Positions 51,361-64,000 of a stretch of DNA of 64,000 nucleotides are shown piece by piece. The stretch spans positions 32,302,001 through 32,366,000 of the forward strand of contig NC_047016.1 of assembly GCF_902652985.1 (NCBI RefSeq), given 5' to 3'. This stretch comes from Pecten maximus (Eukaryota). How positions within the stretch are numbered: the stretch's first letter is position 1; each line of letters starts with the position of its first letter. The translations under genes and the position numbers were made by a program. The notes beneath the pieces were generated by a model. The model was not told the origin of the DNA, did not search any database, and saw nothing but the letters and a program-made list of their open reading frames with translations.

Positions 51361-54300
51361 ACGATAACATTCACCACTAAGGTTCAAACATACAGTAATA
51401 CTAAACACTTACAGTTAGTAACATCATACATTCTCACAGCAACAGTATATGGTCAGTTGGAAAGGCGTGTATCGGGTAGACTGTTATTACTCTAACGTCA
51501 CATGGATATCATGAGCCACTTAAATACGTATTACTATATTTCCTTTCGCTCTGCATTACTGCTGTTTAAATGCTTGATAGGTGAATTTACCCTGTTTTAA
51601 GACTACGTATTTTTATATTGTTTGTTTAGTCAATTTTTTTCTTGTATATTTTTTTTCAGATTCCTTATCAACAAGAACCTTTGAAGATATTGATCTGATA
51701 TGTTCTACCGATTGGTAAATTGTTGAATAAATTTTATAGAAGGGTTTTGGTTGTTGTTGATTTTTTTTATGAACTATTTTGTAAAAAAGTAAACACATCA
51801 TGTATCTTCTACAGTTTCATGTCTCTGATAAATGTTAAATTTATCTAAGCTCTGAGGAAATGCATCTCCTTCCTCCTTCCATAAAATCATAATAATTTTT
51901 TTATTCTATAAGAAAGCTCCGCCGACTGGATAATGATTGGAAGAGTCAATTGTCAAGCGCCACCTAGCGGAACTACTTCTTTTTTATGAATGGAATTCCT
52001 GTGTACTATTGTTTATGTAAACGTAGTGTGTACGGCTCACTGTCCTTCAATGTTGTAAAAAAGGGAACTGCAGCAACGTTAAATATCTGAATATATTTTA
52101 AAAAGGTGGAGAAAAAACAATGGGATTGTCATGATAAAAACATATATTTTAGCAGATGTTGAACTGCAGACTTAACTGGGCCTAACATCATCAAAACAAA
52201 ACGTCGACTGCTTAAATGTTTGAGTTATGCATCCGACGTTTTAGAATACAGAATGTAAACAATATACGTGGAACGTACGCAATATGCTATCCGGCAGTAC
52301 CCTTACTTCCACTGACACACACATGTGCACGGCATCCCCGTTATATTCCAATACTGGTCATGACATACGATGTTTACAAAAGACTTGACCAATTCCTGCT
52401 CTACGTGAGGGACTCCGGTTAATTCATCACTGGCTACTTATTAATCGGAGTCAAACAATACGAATTTACATCCTCTAGTTTGTTGTGTCTTCCTCGTTTT
52501 GAAACTGAAAACTTTTGTTTTGAAAGTGAAGACACCCAGAGTCGCGAGTCAGCTTTCCGTGACGCCACGTACGTCCCACAAGAGGCCATGGAAGGGACAT
52601 TTGAACGTAGTGACTTGTCCAAAAATAATCCGCAGTTCGATTATTGACTTCGTGGATTTATGCATCGGTTTTTGTTTTTCCGTTTCAATTAAGAAGTTAA
52701 TTACAAGCATTGACGTCAATATTTTTAAAAGTTTTATAAAGGTATGCACAAAAAATTGTCTGCAAACTTTCGTAAGAATCCGCTACGCTACTGCTGAAGA
52801 GTCATAGAGGATCTGATAGAGGCATGGCACAGACTTACTTATATTTCGTCATGATGCTTTATGTAATCCTTTCACTTAGACATTGTCTGAATGTGTCATT
52901 TTCGTAGTTACCCTTTGTACAGCCCTTTAAGAAAACGTATCGCATTTTGTTACTCCATCCATATCCATTGTTAAATTTTAATGCTGAAATGCATAGGTAC
53001 AATAATTCAAAATCAATATGCATGTAAACATATAAAAATATGGTAAAAATCAAAAGAGGAGTCATCGCTGGAATCCTATAATAAATCTATGGTGAAAACA
53101 CTAATTTATTCTTGTAGATCAGGTCCACCCTTTTCTACCCTATCTCCCGTTCTAATCAACATGTTTATTGGTATAACAATACACATGTTAATTTGTATAT
53201 CACTAATGCATTTTACAATTTCAAATGAGAGAGGTTAATATAGAATTTCGCCAATGGTCCAATTCAATTGATGTAGGTAAGCGTAAACCTACATGCAACA
53301 GAGTATCCGTTTTTGCTGAAAATTCAATTATTCTACTCTTGGAATTAAGGATGCGTTTTTCTTCATTGAAATGGATATTTACTGCCTCTTGATAGTTTTA
53401 AAGGCTGCACATCAATCCTAGCCAACAAGATTCACGAATATGACATGGCTTCAATTCTCTTTCTTTTTCACGTTTATTTATTTTTCCCCCTTTTATTTCT
53501 TTACCTGAAAGTTGTGGTCTCTGTGTCTCATTGGTTTGCTTCTGTTTCATTTTCGGAAAAAATGACTACATCAGATATGAAGAATAGTCACATAAAAGAA
53601 AATCATACAAAGTCATTACAACATAACAACATCTGATACTTGACCATCATCAATATACGATGAAAGAATAATTTAATCAAACCCCTGTTTCCATTGATTG
53701 TGTATATATTGAGATAATGATATTCCCGGAAGCACGTCTCACATCATCGATCACCTTGCTAATTCGTGAGTACATGTAGGCGGATGTCTGTTATTAATAT
53801 CTGTCACACTGTTAGGTCCGTACCTACCTACTGTTTGATTGTTATAACTTTTTTTGTATACAATACTGTATTATTGATGATATTCGAGGGGATACAACTT
53901 TGTTATGTAATCGATCAGTAACGAAAGCATTAAACTAAATACAAAGTGAATATTTATACCATGGATTATGAGTATAAATGATCAGCCTTGATACACACAA
54001 ATGGTACACTAAGTGTATTGGCTTGTTTACTTGTTAATTAAAGTAAGTAATTGAGGCATGCTCCGCGAGTTTACGACCAGGGTAGCAACGTAATATTAGT
54101 GTCAGGAAATCAAAAATAAATCTAGAGCGGTTATCTGATGGACTTTCTTCAAGAACCGTAATTTCTTTATAACATTACAGACTATCCTTAATCCTGACAT
54201 ATTCTAATTTCAAACTTTAAGAAAGAGATATCTAACTGTAGATGAGAGTATGCCTAAGGCGATCGGTCAGTAATACATACACACTGTATTAATGATGGTC

Positions 54301-55059
54301 ATATGGCACATTACGGGTATAAAGTGATGTGATCGATTGTCAGATGAGGTAAGCTATGACACGACCGGATCATCTATCTGTGTTTGGTTTCCTGTATTAT
54401 TCAATTGAAACTACCAATATTTGCAAACAAACATATCCGAATTCAAAATCAACAAAATGAAATCGATGGTTTTATATCTATATCTAATAATCAATTACGT
54501 ATTTACAATGCACATATGTACATAATATATCGCACAAAAATATGTATACATAACAGGAGTATTTTATACCCTGTATCCCTTGTCAAACGGAATCTTAAAA
54601 CGAATTACTGCCTTGGATACAAGAATAAATCAAATCCTTGCTGATATTACTAAGTGAAGTGGTAAAACGTAGGGAATCAACATTTTTGCTCATGGCAAGA
54701 AAAATCTTACACCACTCCTTTTTTATATAATGTACAAATACCTTAAATGCTGCAAGTTTTGTTTGCTTTATATACAGATGACAATGACACAGAATCATGG
54801 CAAAATATTTTGGCTCATCTCTGTGTGTAGCCGGCATTATCATTTTATTAAAATGAACATAAAAACACATAAATACACATATAAAAAAGTGAGCGGCAAA
54901 ATAACGCCAAAATGACCGGTATATTGTTCAAACAAGGGGAATCAACATTTAAGGAATCAAGCTGATATCCTAACTATCAATACTACTCTGGTGGAGTTCC
55001 AATGTATATCCGTAACAAAGGCGTTGTTCAAGAAATTAGCTAATTTTCCTCATTGTTGT

Positions 55060-55635
55060 CATGTCAAATTAGTGAATGATTGATAAAAAATAAAATTTTA
55101 CAAGTAAAATGTTGATAAAACATTGAATATTACAAATAAATAGTTAATGAAAAAAAACTCAAATTATTGCAAATAAAAGGTTGATATAAATAAGATACTA
55201 TAAGTAAATGATAATCAAAACATTAAATTACTGGTAAATGATTGATTAAACATTAAATTATTACATGTAAAAGGTGAAAACATATTGAAATATTACAAGT
55301 AAATGGTTGATAAAAATAAAATATTACAAGTAAATGGTTAAAAAAACCATTAAATCATAATTAAAAAGAAAAAAATTGATAAAACATTAAAATGTTACAA
55401 GTAAAAGGTTGATAAAACATTGAATAATACAAATACATTGTAAATAGTTTATAAAATAAACATCAAATTATTTCAAGTAAATGATTGATAAAACATTAAA
55501 TAATATATTACAAGTAAATGGTTGACAAAACATTAAATATTACAAATAAATAGTTTAAAACCCCATCAAATTATTACAAGTGAATGATTAATAAAACATT
55601 GAATTATTACAAGTTAAAGGTTGATAAAATATTGA
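55060..55635. repeat. About 33-35-bp AT-rich satellite (AAACATTAAATTATTACAAGTAAATGGTTGATA)
   Basis: Diverged tandem units. Confidence 0.85.
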
Positions 55636-57196
55636 TTTTTTTAGTAAGCTGGAATCAGGTTTGGTCGTCCGATTCAAACTTTCGCGTTGTATATATGGTT
55701 ACTGATAAACGACCATGTTACTGTAAAACAAAACATATAAAGCAAAGTAGTTAATACGAACAATCAATGCATGTCTCTCACGTGATAACATTTTGTCGCC
55801 ACGTCAGACAAGACAAAATCATGTAAAAGCATATTAGATTTACACTTAGCTTTAGTTCAATGTTGATATAATCTTTATCTAAACTTTATAATGTTTCGAC
55901 TGAATCTTTCACAAAGCATTTTTTTTAATATATATTTCAGTTCCTATGTAAAAAACGGACATTTCGCCCCTTAGTAATCAAACTAAAGATCTACTGTCAA
56001 TGTTTTGGTGATTTTGATATTAGCGTGTATTAATACGCTTCTTTAACACTTATGCTATAATAGGCTAAGCATGAGTAAAATAAAATCGGTTGTTTTTTAC
56101 GTAATCAATACAGGCATATATATCCAAGAAAACCACTATTTCGTTTTCGCTCTTGTAAGAATCTTGATTGTTGTAGTTTGCTTCGAATTTTTACTCATCG
56201 AGGTAGCAACACATGTCAATACCTTATAACAGGTTCTAGTGATATAGGTTGATAGATTATTTTACGCACACACCGCTAAGATGGTATTAACTATTGTTGA
56301 CCTATGACTTCAGAGGTCAATATGAGATACACACGGCTTCCTTATAGAGTGGGATGTAGGTGGACACATCACCAGCGGTGTATGTACATAAAGGGTGCTG
56401 GTGGTACAGCCATTTTGGAAGGTAGGGTCAAAACTTATCTATAGCGTCATGATATTGAAATTATACTTGTATAATTATGCTTGTCTTGGCAATTGATATA
56501 ATTTAGCAGGAGTTTTGGGTTTCACAGGATAGGTCCATCAGGTAAGGTATTTTATATTCCAATTATACATTACAATCAGCCTGGTCATGAAGTGTGTATA
56601 GATATCGTTTATTAGCATATGGAAATGATATGCATTCTTTTCAATTGTGAAAATTCAACCATCGCGATCGCTTGCTATGTATATAAGTCATGCTAACATA
56701 ATAGCATGCTTTTTGCTACCGAAATCGAAATAATTTTGAAGCCGATTATTTTCTATTCAAATTAAGTATCGTTAAGCTACTGGCAAATCTTAACTTCGGA
56801 GATTTGTTTGGAATCTTAAATCGTTGTAACAGTAAGTTAAAAGCTTAATGCACATCTGGCTGATGTTATTCGAGACCTTTTTTATTCATTCATAAAATAA
56901 TTATCATTACGTCAATACTAAAATGTTTAAAATATAATATATAATGTCTGATTATGTCTTTTTTGTATTAAATAAAATACCCATTTGCTGCCATAATGTA
57001 GTTTTATTCTATTATGTTCAAAATATTATGTAGATATTCCCCAAGGTAAAAGGGCGTTGTGTATAATCATCAAGATATTCCAATATATTATCTTCTTGTG
57101 TTTCTGTGATGATTGTTTTCATCTATTCTGTATAAAAATATAAAGATGATTATTTAGATATATTTGAAACATCTAACTCTTCTGTTTAGAAGTACC

Positions 57197-57737
57197 ATGA
57201 AGCCGGTCACAGTTGTAGCCTTTGTTCTGGTGTTCTATGTGGTGGGTGGATATTGCCGTGGGTATAAAAACCAATATGGCAGATACGGAAACAGCATGTA
57301 CGGTTCAGGCTATAATGGCGGTCGTGGTTACGGAAATGGCCAAGTTTACGGTTTCCAACAGACGGGTATAGACATGCCTCCAGTCCCTCCACCATCTACA
57401 GCTTACAGAGACCTGATCCTCATAGGTGGGTACACGTTGACCTACTTTTGTAGTTAGTCACAAAGTTAGACTTCCATACTAAAACTACAGTCGTAGATTT
57501 CAGATAGAAATCACTTTATAAAACAACTCTTAATCTTTGACAGAAAAACTCTAAAAATGAAATCAACAATTAAAAAAAAGTAATAAAAAAGGCTATAAAT
57601 AGATGAATAAATAATGAACACTAATGTTTTTGATTGATATATGAACGATGTTCCATTTGGATTTACGTGTTTCCTTTTTCATTGCAGTCATGGCCATAGG
57701 TCTTCTACCTTTACTGGCGACAAATGCTTTCGGCTAG
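57197..57737 (+). CDS. Gly/Tyr-rich protein E; join(57197..57425,57688..57737), 92 aa
   Basis: tttag|aagtaccATG; MKPVTVVAFVLVFYVVGGYC-RGYKNQYGRYG...MPPVPPPSTAYRDLILI|VMAIGLLPLLATNAFG*; 3'UTR intron 57783-57916; AATAAA at 57992. Confidence 0.85.
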
Positions 57738-59329
57738 ACATTGAAAACAACCAAATAAACTAAAGTACAACACTTGGTCTTTGTAAGTATGGTGAGGTCA
57801 CTTTGATAAATTTTACGTCAAACAATAATAATTAGGAAATGAGATTTACGAATTAAGTCGTCGCCATGCAGTCGTTTCAATTTGACCTACATAATCTGTT
57901 TTCTCTACATTTCCAGAATATTCCTATGCAAGCAAGAACGACACGGAGAGGGGATCCAAACCTTATTGTAATTTAATTGATAATGGCAAGACAATAAAAT
58001 CGTTTGAAGATTAACTCATGTTTTTTATTAAAAAGCCAAGCACACACTTTCTTATAACATGCATACTTAACTGTACTTTTACACGTTGATATTCCTGATG
58101 ATTACTCAAGCTTCGTTACTGAGAACGCACCATTACCTTACTTTTACCTATGGATATTCCGGATGATCACCCAGGCTTCCATACTAAGGTGCAAAGTTAT
58201 CAGTACTTTTAGTTTAGTATAGTCATTAGTTTGAATAGTTAACAGTATTAGTAGAGAGTTAAAGTATAACAGCAATGTTATTGTATTGCTCTCTGTATCA
58301 TTTGTTTGTATAGTTGTTGGTGTTATTAGAAATTAACAGTTTCGTTAGAGGTTTATAAGAAAGGGTATTATTATTGTTACCTGTGTTATTAGTGAATTTT
58401 AGTTTGCATTTATCTTAGTGAATTCTTAGAGGGCTGTAGTTAACAATATTTACTACATTTGCTGAAATCGCAGATTTTTCATATAGCAGTGTCACTGTAT
58501 CTTGCTTTATTGATGTGAACGTGAGAAGTGTTCATTTCTTTTGAATCAATATTATTCATATAACACAATGAGAAAAAAATTAGTATGTATAGAATAAAGA
58601 GTTTCAATATATATGTAGACAGCTTGAAGAAATATGAGGACAAAATATGATTTTTTTTTGGGGGGGGGGGGGAGGGTATCTTTACTCTCTTCTGGTTAGT
58701 CAGAAGTACATCACGTGTCGGTTGATAAAAACATATATTGACTTAAAGATAATGCAAAAAAAAACTAATATTCACTTTGGTTGCGTGCAAGTACAGAATT
58801 GATTAGTTTGAGGACAATAATTTATATACATTTATTGGTTTGAGGACGATACATGAAATTATTTATAAAGGACAATATATGAACTTATTGGTTTGAGGAC
58901 AAAATATGAATCTGTTGATTTGAGGACAATAAAAGCATTTACTAGCTTGCAAACAATAAATAAATTTATTTGTTTTGATAAGCAGTTTATTTTCTAAGCA
59001 AAAGCAATTCAAATTCGATGTAATATTGAAGTTGTATTTGCCTTTTGTTCATTATTGTATATTCATGCATTCATGAGAAAGGGGAGTTTTACTTAAATCA
59101 TAATTACTTTATATTCAATGTTACCTTTACTTACAATGTTACTTATTTGGCTTCCGAAACCAAATGTGTAATCAGTTGAACACGACCAACTTATCACAAA
59201 TTACTAGATAGCTGCCGGGATGACGTATCCAACACCTCCTGAGTTAGGGTCGTCAAAGCAGCTGTACAAGACTGACTTAATCAAACTTTTTAGGAATAAA
59301 TATTACTCATTACGCCTTCTTTGGTTAAA

Positions 59330-59910
59330 TCATTCAACTTTAACATATTACAACGCCTTCATCGGGTTAAGTTACTCAACTGTAACCTATTACAACGCCT
59401 TTATCAGGTTAAATTGTTCAACTGTAACCTATCACAATGCCTTCATCATCACGTTAATTTATTCAACGATACCTTATTACAACGCCTTTAGCCTACCATA
59501 CCGCATTCATCAAGATACTTTATTTAACTTTAGCCTATAACATAGTCTACATCAGATTGAAATATTCAACTGTGACTTATTACAACGCTTACAGCAGGTT
59601 TATCATTTCATTCGTAACTTAGAGTTGTATTACAACGCCTTTATCAAGTTTCAACTTACTCGGGTTAACCTTTTTAACTATAACCCTTCGCAAGGACTTA
59701 ATAGGCTTAACTTTTTTTCAACATAACTTACCACAAGTTCAAATGATCTAACTCTTACACATTACAAAGTTTTATACGAAAAAACGTATTTAACTTTAAC
59801 CTATTACGAAGTCTTTATTTTGTTATCTTATTCAACTATAACCTCTTACAATGGCTTTATTAGATTATTTTTAAACTATAACTTATTACACCGTCTTTAT
59901 CAGGTTAATT
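59330..59910. repeat. About 43-bp diverged minisatellite (TATTACAACGCCTTTATCAGGTTAAATTATTCAACTGTAACC-like)
   Basis: Recurrent tattacaacgcct and ttcaactgtaacc. Confidence 0.75.
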
Positions 59911-60887
59911 TTTCGAACTTAAAACACTCAAAAATTCAAAGAGCATAATTAATGGTAAATTAACGTCACTTCACCAGATAAAGATAATCATCAAAATCAA
60001 CTTATGACACATAGTTAATTTATTCTTTATTGGATACTTTGAATGGTGATGTTTTTTATAAATATATACGTGTTAATCGTCTTAACCCCTTATGTAGGTG
60101 AGAGACGTCGTCTTGCAACGTTTGCTACCATTCGCCGAATATGCTTAACACAAGCAAATACAACAAGAATCATGACACCATGCTTTATTCGACAAAAGCT
60201 ACATCTATAAACAACCAATGCTGAAAAACACACTCAGGGGTCTTTGGTAACAGCCAAGATGTCTTGCGCTCGCGTTAATTATCTAAAAGAAAAGACAGAT
60301 AACTATAAGTATTATATACACCATGTGCAAAAATTGTACAATTTCTATAGATTTAAAGTCATACGTTACCACCATTCAAAAGTCACATGTAAAAAGCTTG
60401 TATGAAATATTGAGATATAAAGCTCTTCAGTATGCGCAACGCCAGCTGTTTAATGTCATTTCAGGGATTCAAGAAAAGAAAGCTAATTTACAAGTAATTT
60501 TCCATAAGTTAGTATATAATGAATCGATTTTATATTACATCTAAAAACGGAGTATTGTATTTGTTTAACATTATTGTCCTATCCTTGACCATCCTTGATG
60601 CTCTTAAGGAGGCGTAATATATCTTTAGATAAATTGCAATGATCACTTAAAAAAGATTTGGCAAAAGCTTTACTTATGTTAATTATCCTATCGGCTTATC
60701 AAAAACCAGCAAAACAAAATAATCCGTAAAGGATCATTTTGAGTCTGGTTTTATATTGCCAATTATAAATTGATATGATGTCCTACTGCTTTGTCTGGTA
60801 GATATTGGACCCCGCAAATCAATCTGATTTGTGCGATAATTAAGTTATCATACTCACCCGTGGTCAAAATGGATTGATGCATTATTC

Positions 60888-62145
60888 CTATCCTGTGTTG
60901 TTATTGTTTAACAACAGGAGAAGCAGGAGGAAACCCCCAACTGCAAAAATCAAATATTGGTTTTATAACCCATTCAAGTTAATTTTAACAGGGGCAATGG
61001 TACAACAGAAATAGTTCCTGTTGTAAATAAGCCCAAATTACGTGGGGAAAAATGCACCATAAACCTACCGAAATCTACCAACGGAAGTCATCAAATTTTA
61101 TGGATTTTCATTCATCATACTTGGTGATCAACACATGTCACTTACAGGGCTCCGTACTTATGGCTACCCGTACTTCCGGTGTTGATATTCATGTTGAAGC
61201 ATAACAATATGTTACACTTAATCAAATAACTTTTTGAATATATTTAAATTTGGAATACCTATTTGATGTAAATAATAAGGAAATGTAATGTTTCATGGAT
61301 AAACAAGTATTTAGAATGTGTCATTTCTTTAATACGAATTAACCATTCGATCTCGGGTAGAGTCACCTGTGGAAATCGTGACATTGGCTCTCAGCAGAGT
61401 GGACTTTATGAAAAAGGCATGCATTCTTTAAAATAGCAAATGATGAAAACTTGAGTTTTATTACAGCAATATAATTCATATTCAATAAGCTGAATAAGAA
61501 ATATTCATATTTTTTCTGAGAGCATTACTCGGTTTTGTGGAGCAGCGCGTGACCCTTCCAGGTGCAATAAGTTGGCAGGATAAAGGCTAATTCTTTGTCT
61601 AAAGATTGATTTGTGTTTGGCATATAAATCCATGTTGATATCATTTATAATATTCCAAAGTGATCTTTCTTAATATGTTACGAATATTTTCTAGTGACTG
61701 AAGTATAGTTCGGGGTGGTCTAGAAGCATATTGCCAACTAATCGATCGGAGATAAGGTACATCATGGATGACTTTACTGCCTTACGTTATTTATAATTTA
61801 ATATTTGAATATCATATGTTAGTTATACTCACGGTAAAGCAATGTATTGTCATTGTTGTTTTCGGCATAAGCAGCACCAGCGATGGCACCTGGTGGTGGG
61901 CCCGCGGGGTAGGGTATGTAAACCGCCCTATTGGTCATTTCATACCCCTTTCCGTGGTAGCCTTTTCCGTATCCCCCATATCCACTTCCGTAGCCTCCAT
62001 ATCCTTTTCCGTATCCCCCATATCCACTTCCGTATCCCCCATAGCCACCGTAGCCCCCATAGTCCCCATATCCTCCATCCCCGAGACAGCTGCCCAGGAA
62101 TGCCAGAAAGGTCAAGAACGGCAGAGCTATGATGGCAAACTTCAT
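60888..62145 (-). CDS. Gly/Tyr-rich protein F; join(62145..61833,60940..60888), 121 aa
   Basis: MKFAIIALPFLTFLAFLGSCLG-DGGYGDYGGY...IPYPAGPPPGA...NNNDNTLLY|LGGFLLLLLLLNNNNTG*; donor gtgagt at 61832, acceptor tttgcag at 60941; 3'UTR intron 60857-60283; AATAAA near 60186. Confidence 0.88.
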
Positions 62146-62812
62146 GCTGATCCTAATATTTTTTTAATTAAAAAAAGTGCATGTGAGCGTATGTTCGTTG
62201 TTTCGTCATAATCAGATGGATACACATGTACATACCAACCACAACTTTTTTATGGAACAATAATCCTGTATCCCCGATGTATTTCTGATTTATATTCGAC
62301 GCCCAAAATATATCATATAGGTAAAAGGCCATGTCCAGCCACAAATTGCTTCAATATTTGGGAATTAAAATCAGCAATTTCTTTGAACTTAAACATAAAG
62401 ATTGTAATACTGGCATATGTGTATAAGACAATTCTTATCAACGTTTTGTGATGGTCGTGATAAATTCGTCACATAAAACCGTAAATAAAGTATGATAAGT
62501 TTGGGTTCTATGAAAATCATAACAAAACGGTTCAGTAATGTACCTCTGATGTCAAATATACCTTAAAACTAAATATTTACGACCACAGTTTACCGTATTA
62601 TCTAGATAGAGTGGTAAACAATAATTTAACGAACCAAATTAAAAACCTTCAGACGTTATAAAAGACAAAATAATATATGTTCAAAAACACGTCTTAAAGT
62701 TTACAGTATGTTTGTATGGTGATCAAAATCCGGATCAGATACCTTGATGAAAATTAGAATGTACATGGAGATCACTTAACAAACACTGATCCCAGTAAAT
62801 ATAATACCTTAC

Positions 62813-62873
62813 CTTGCCACTGACCGCACTGCAGTGTGGATGAAAAGTCTGTGTAGCAACGGGTTTATATATA
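62813..62873 (-). promoter_or_regulatory. TATA box and non-coding exon 1 of gene F
   Basis: TATATAAA near 62871-62864, then ...gtggcaag|gtaagg at 62812; acceptor attag at 62153 precedes the ATG. Confidence 0.7.
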
Positions 62874-64000
62874 CCTTATTTTAACTTGAACTCTGAGTAT
62901 TATTGAAGATATTTCCGCTAAATACCCGGTATTACATAATTAGATTTGGTACATAACCCCACATATATGTAACAGTTAAGGTTCATTCGCGTAATGTATA
63001 CACACGGATCCCCTCGGTACGATTATATGTGCACAAGTAACCTCTTCGGTACGATCATACACACGGAACCCCTCGGTATGATCCATTTCTACTGTAGAAT
63101 GTGTACTAAATATCTTATGCAATACCAGTAAATATCTCTTATACTGTTGATATTGATGCAATGTTAGTATGGTTATATAAAACAAAAATGAGACACTTTG
63201 ATATAAATACAATTTACCTGAAAATCATAGAATTATTTTCTATGACAAACAAACTTCAAATCTAGATTTATTTATGTCATGAGATATCAGAGAGTTTCCA
63301 TCATTACCTTGCATCTCAAATCTAAAAATGTCATTCATGAGGTATTCTATGAAAAAGAATAAATTTAATATATCTTGAAAGCATTTCATTAACAGGTTCA
63401 AAAATTTCGCTAAAAAAATAACCGTCTTTATTAATATACATTTATATACATTTGAATGTCTTCAATTTATTTAGCTATATATCTAACTGATGTCAAATAC
63501 TATCAACTCATTTTATTATTTAGGTTCCCTTAGATATATCTTATATACTGCATTGAATAATTCGCCGCATTTCGACTTATTATACATATTTCTAATGATA
63601 TTCAACTATCTAAATATGACAGAATATTGAAAATAGTTTATATTGATGTTATTGGGTAAACATTATGAAACTAGTTACGCACGATTTAACAAATATATTG
63701 CTGAAACTATTGTTGTGGTATATTCATTATTATATTCATAACTATTATGAATATAATATTTACTGTATGCTGATATCTCGTCCAATTGTTTTCACGAAAT
63801 AAGATAAACAACGTGTATTTATTTTTATTATCATTAGTTATATAAAATGTGTATACTTTAAAATGAACATTATAGAAGCTATACTAATTTTGTCCTGAGT
63901 TCTTGAAATGCAATCCTCTTATTCGTGCCCATTAGACATGTAATGGGACAATAGCACTTGTTTTGTTGTTTGTGGCTTTAGAGATTTCATCCACAAATGA

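Noticed and set aside
50682-51495. (VVSVSVPLTQ)n and related ORFs
   Set aside because: Translation of the 30-bp minisatellite; no splice or start context.
33244-62211. His/Pro/Arg-rich or Asp/Thr/Val-rich ORFs overlapping the Gly/Tyr genes
   Set aside because: Alternative-frame and antisense readings of GGY codon repeats.

Overview
AT-rich eukaryotic DNA with GT-AG introns, most consistent with a bivalve mollusc (a scallop is plausible; the taxon is an inference). Left to right: (1) the 5' part of a BTB-BACK-Kelch gene on the minus strand that runs off the window edge and is missing from the ORF track. (2) Two tandem, intronless, non-alpha nAChR-like Cys-loop channel genes inside an old segmental duplication; their differences cluster in the ligand-binding loops. 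(3) From about 26.8 to 63 kb, a cluster of six small Gly/Tyr-rich protein genes: four complete, one lacking an identifiable last coding exon, one pseudogene. Splicing them by hand shows a shared design the ORF track hides: signal peptide, GGY/GKG repeats, Pro-rich linker, and a C-terminal hydrophobic anchor ending in Gly-stop on its own phase-1 exon, followed by a conserved 3'UTR intron. (4) Repeats: a decayed Academ-like transposon split by a TA-flanked MITE, a LINE 3' fragment, tRNA-derived SINEs, MITEs, many minisatellites, and a 1.3-kb hairpin-ended element with regularly spaced tandem G.A mismatches. All gene models and family assignments were read by eye and are unverified.
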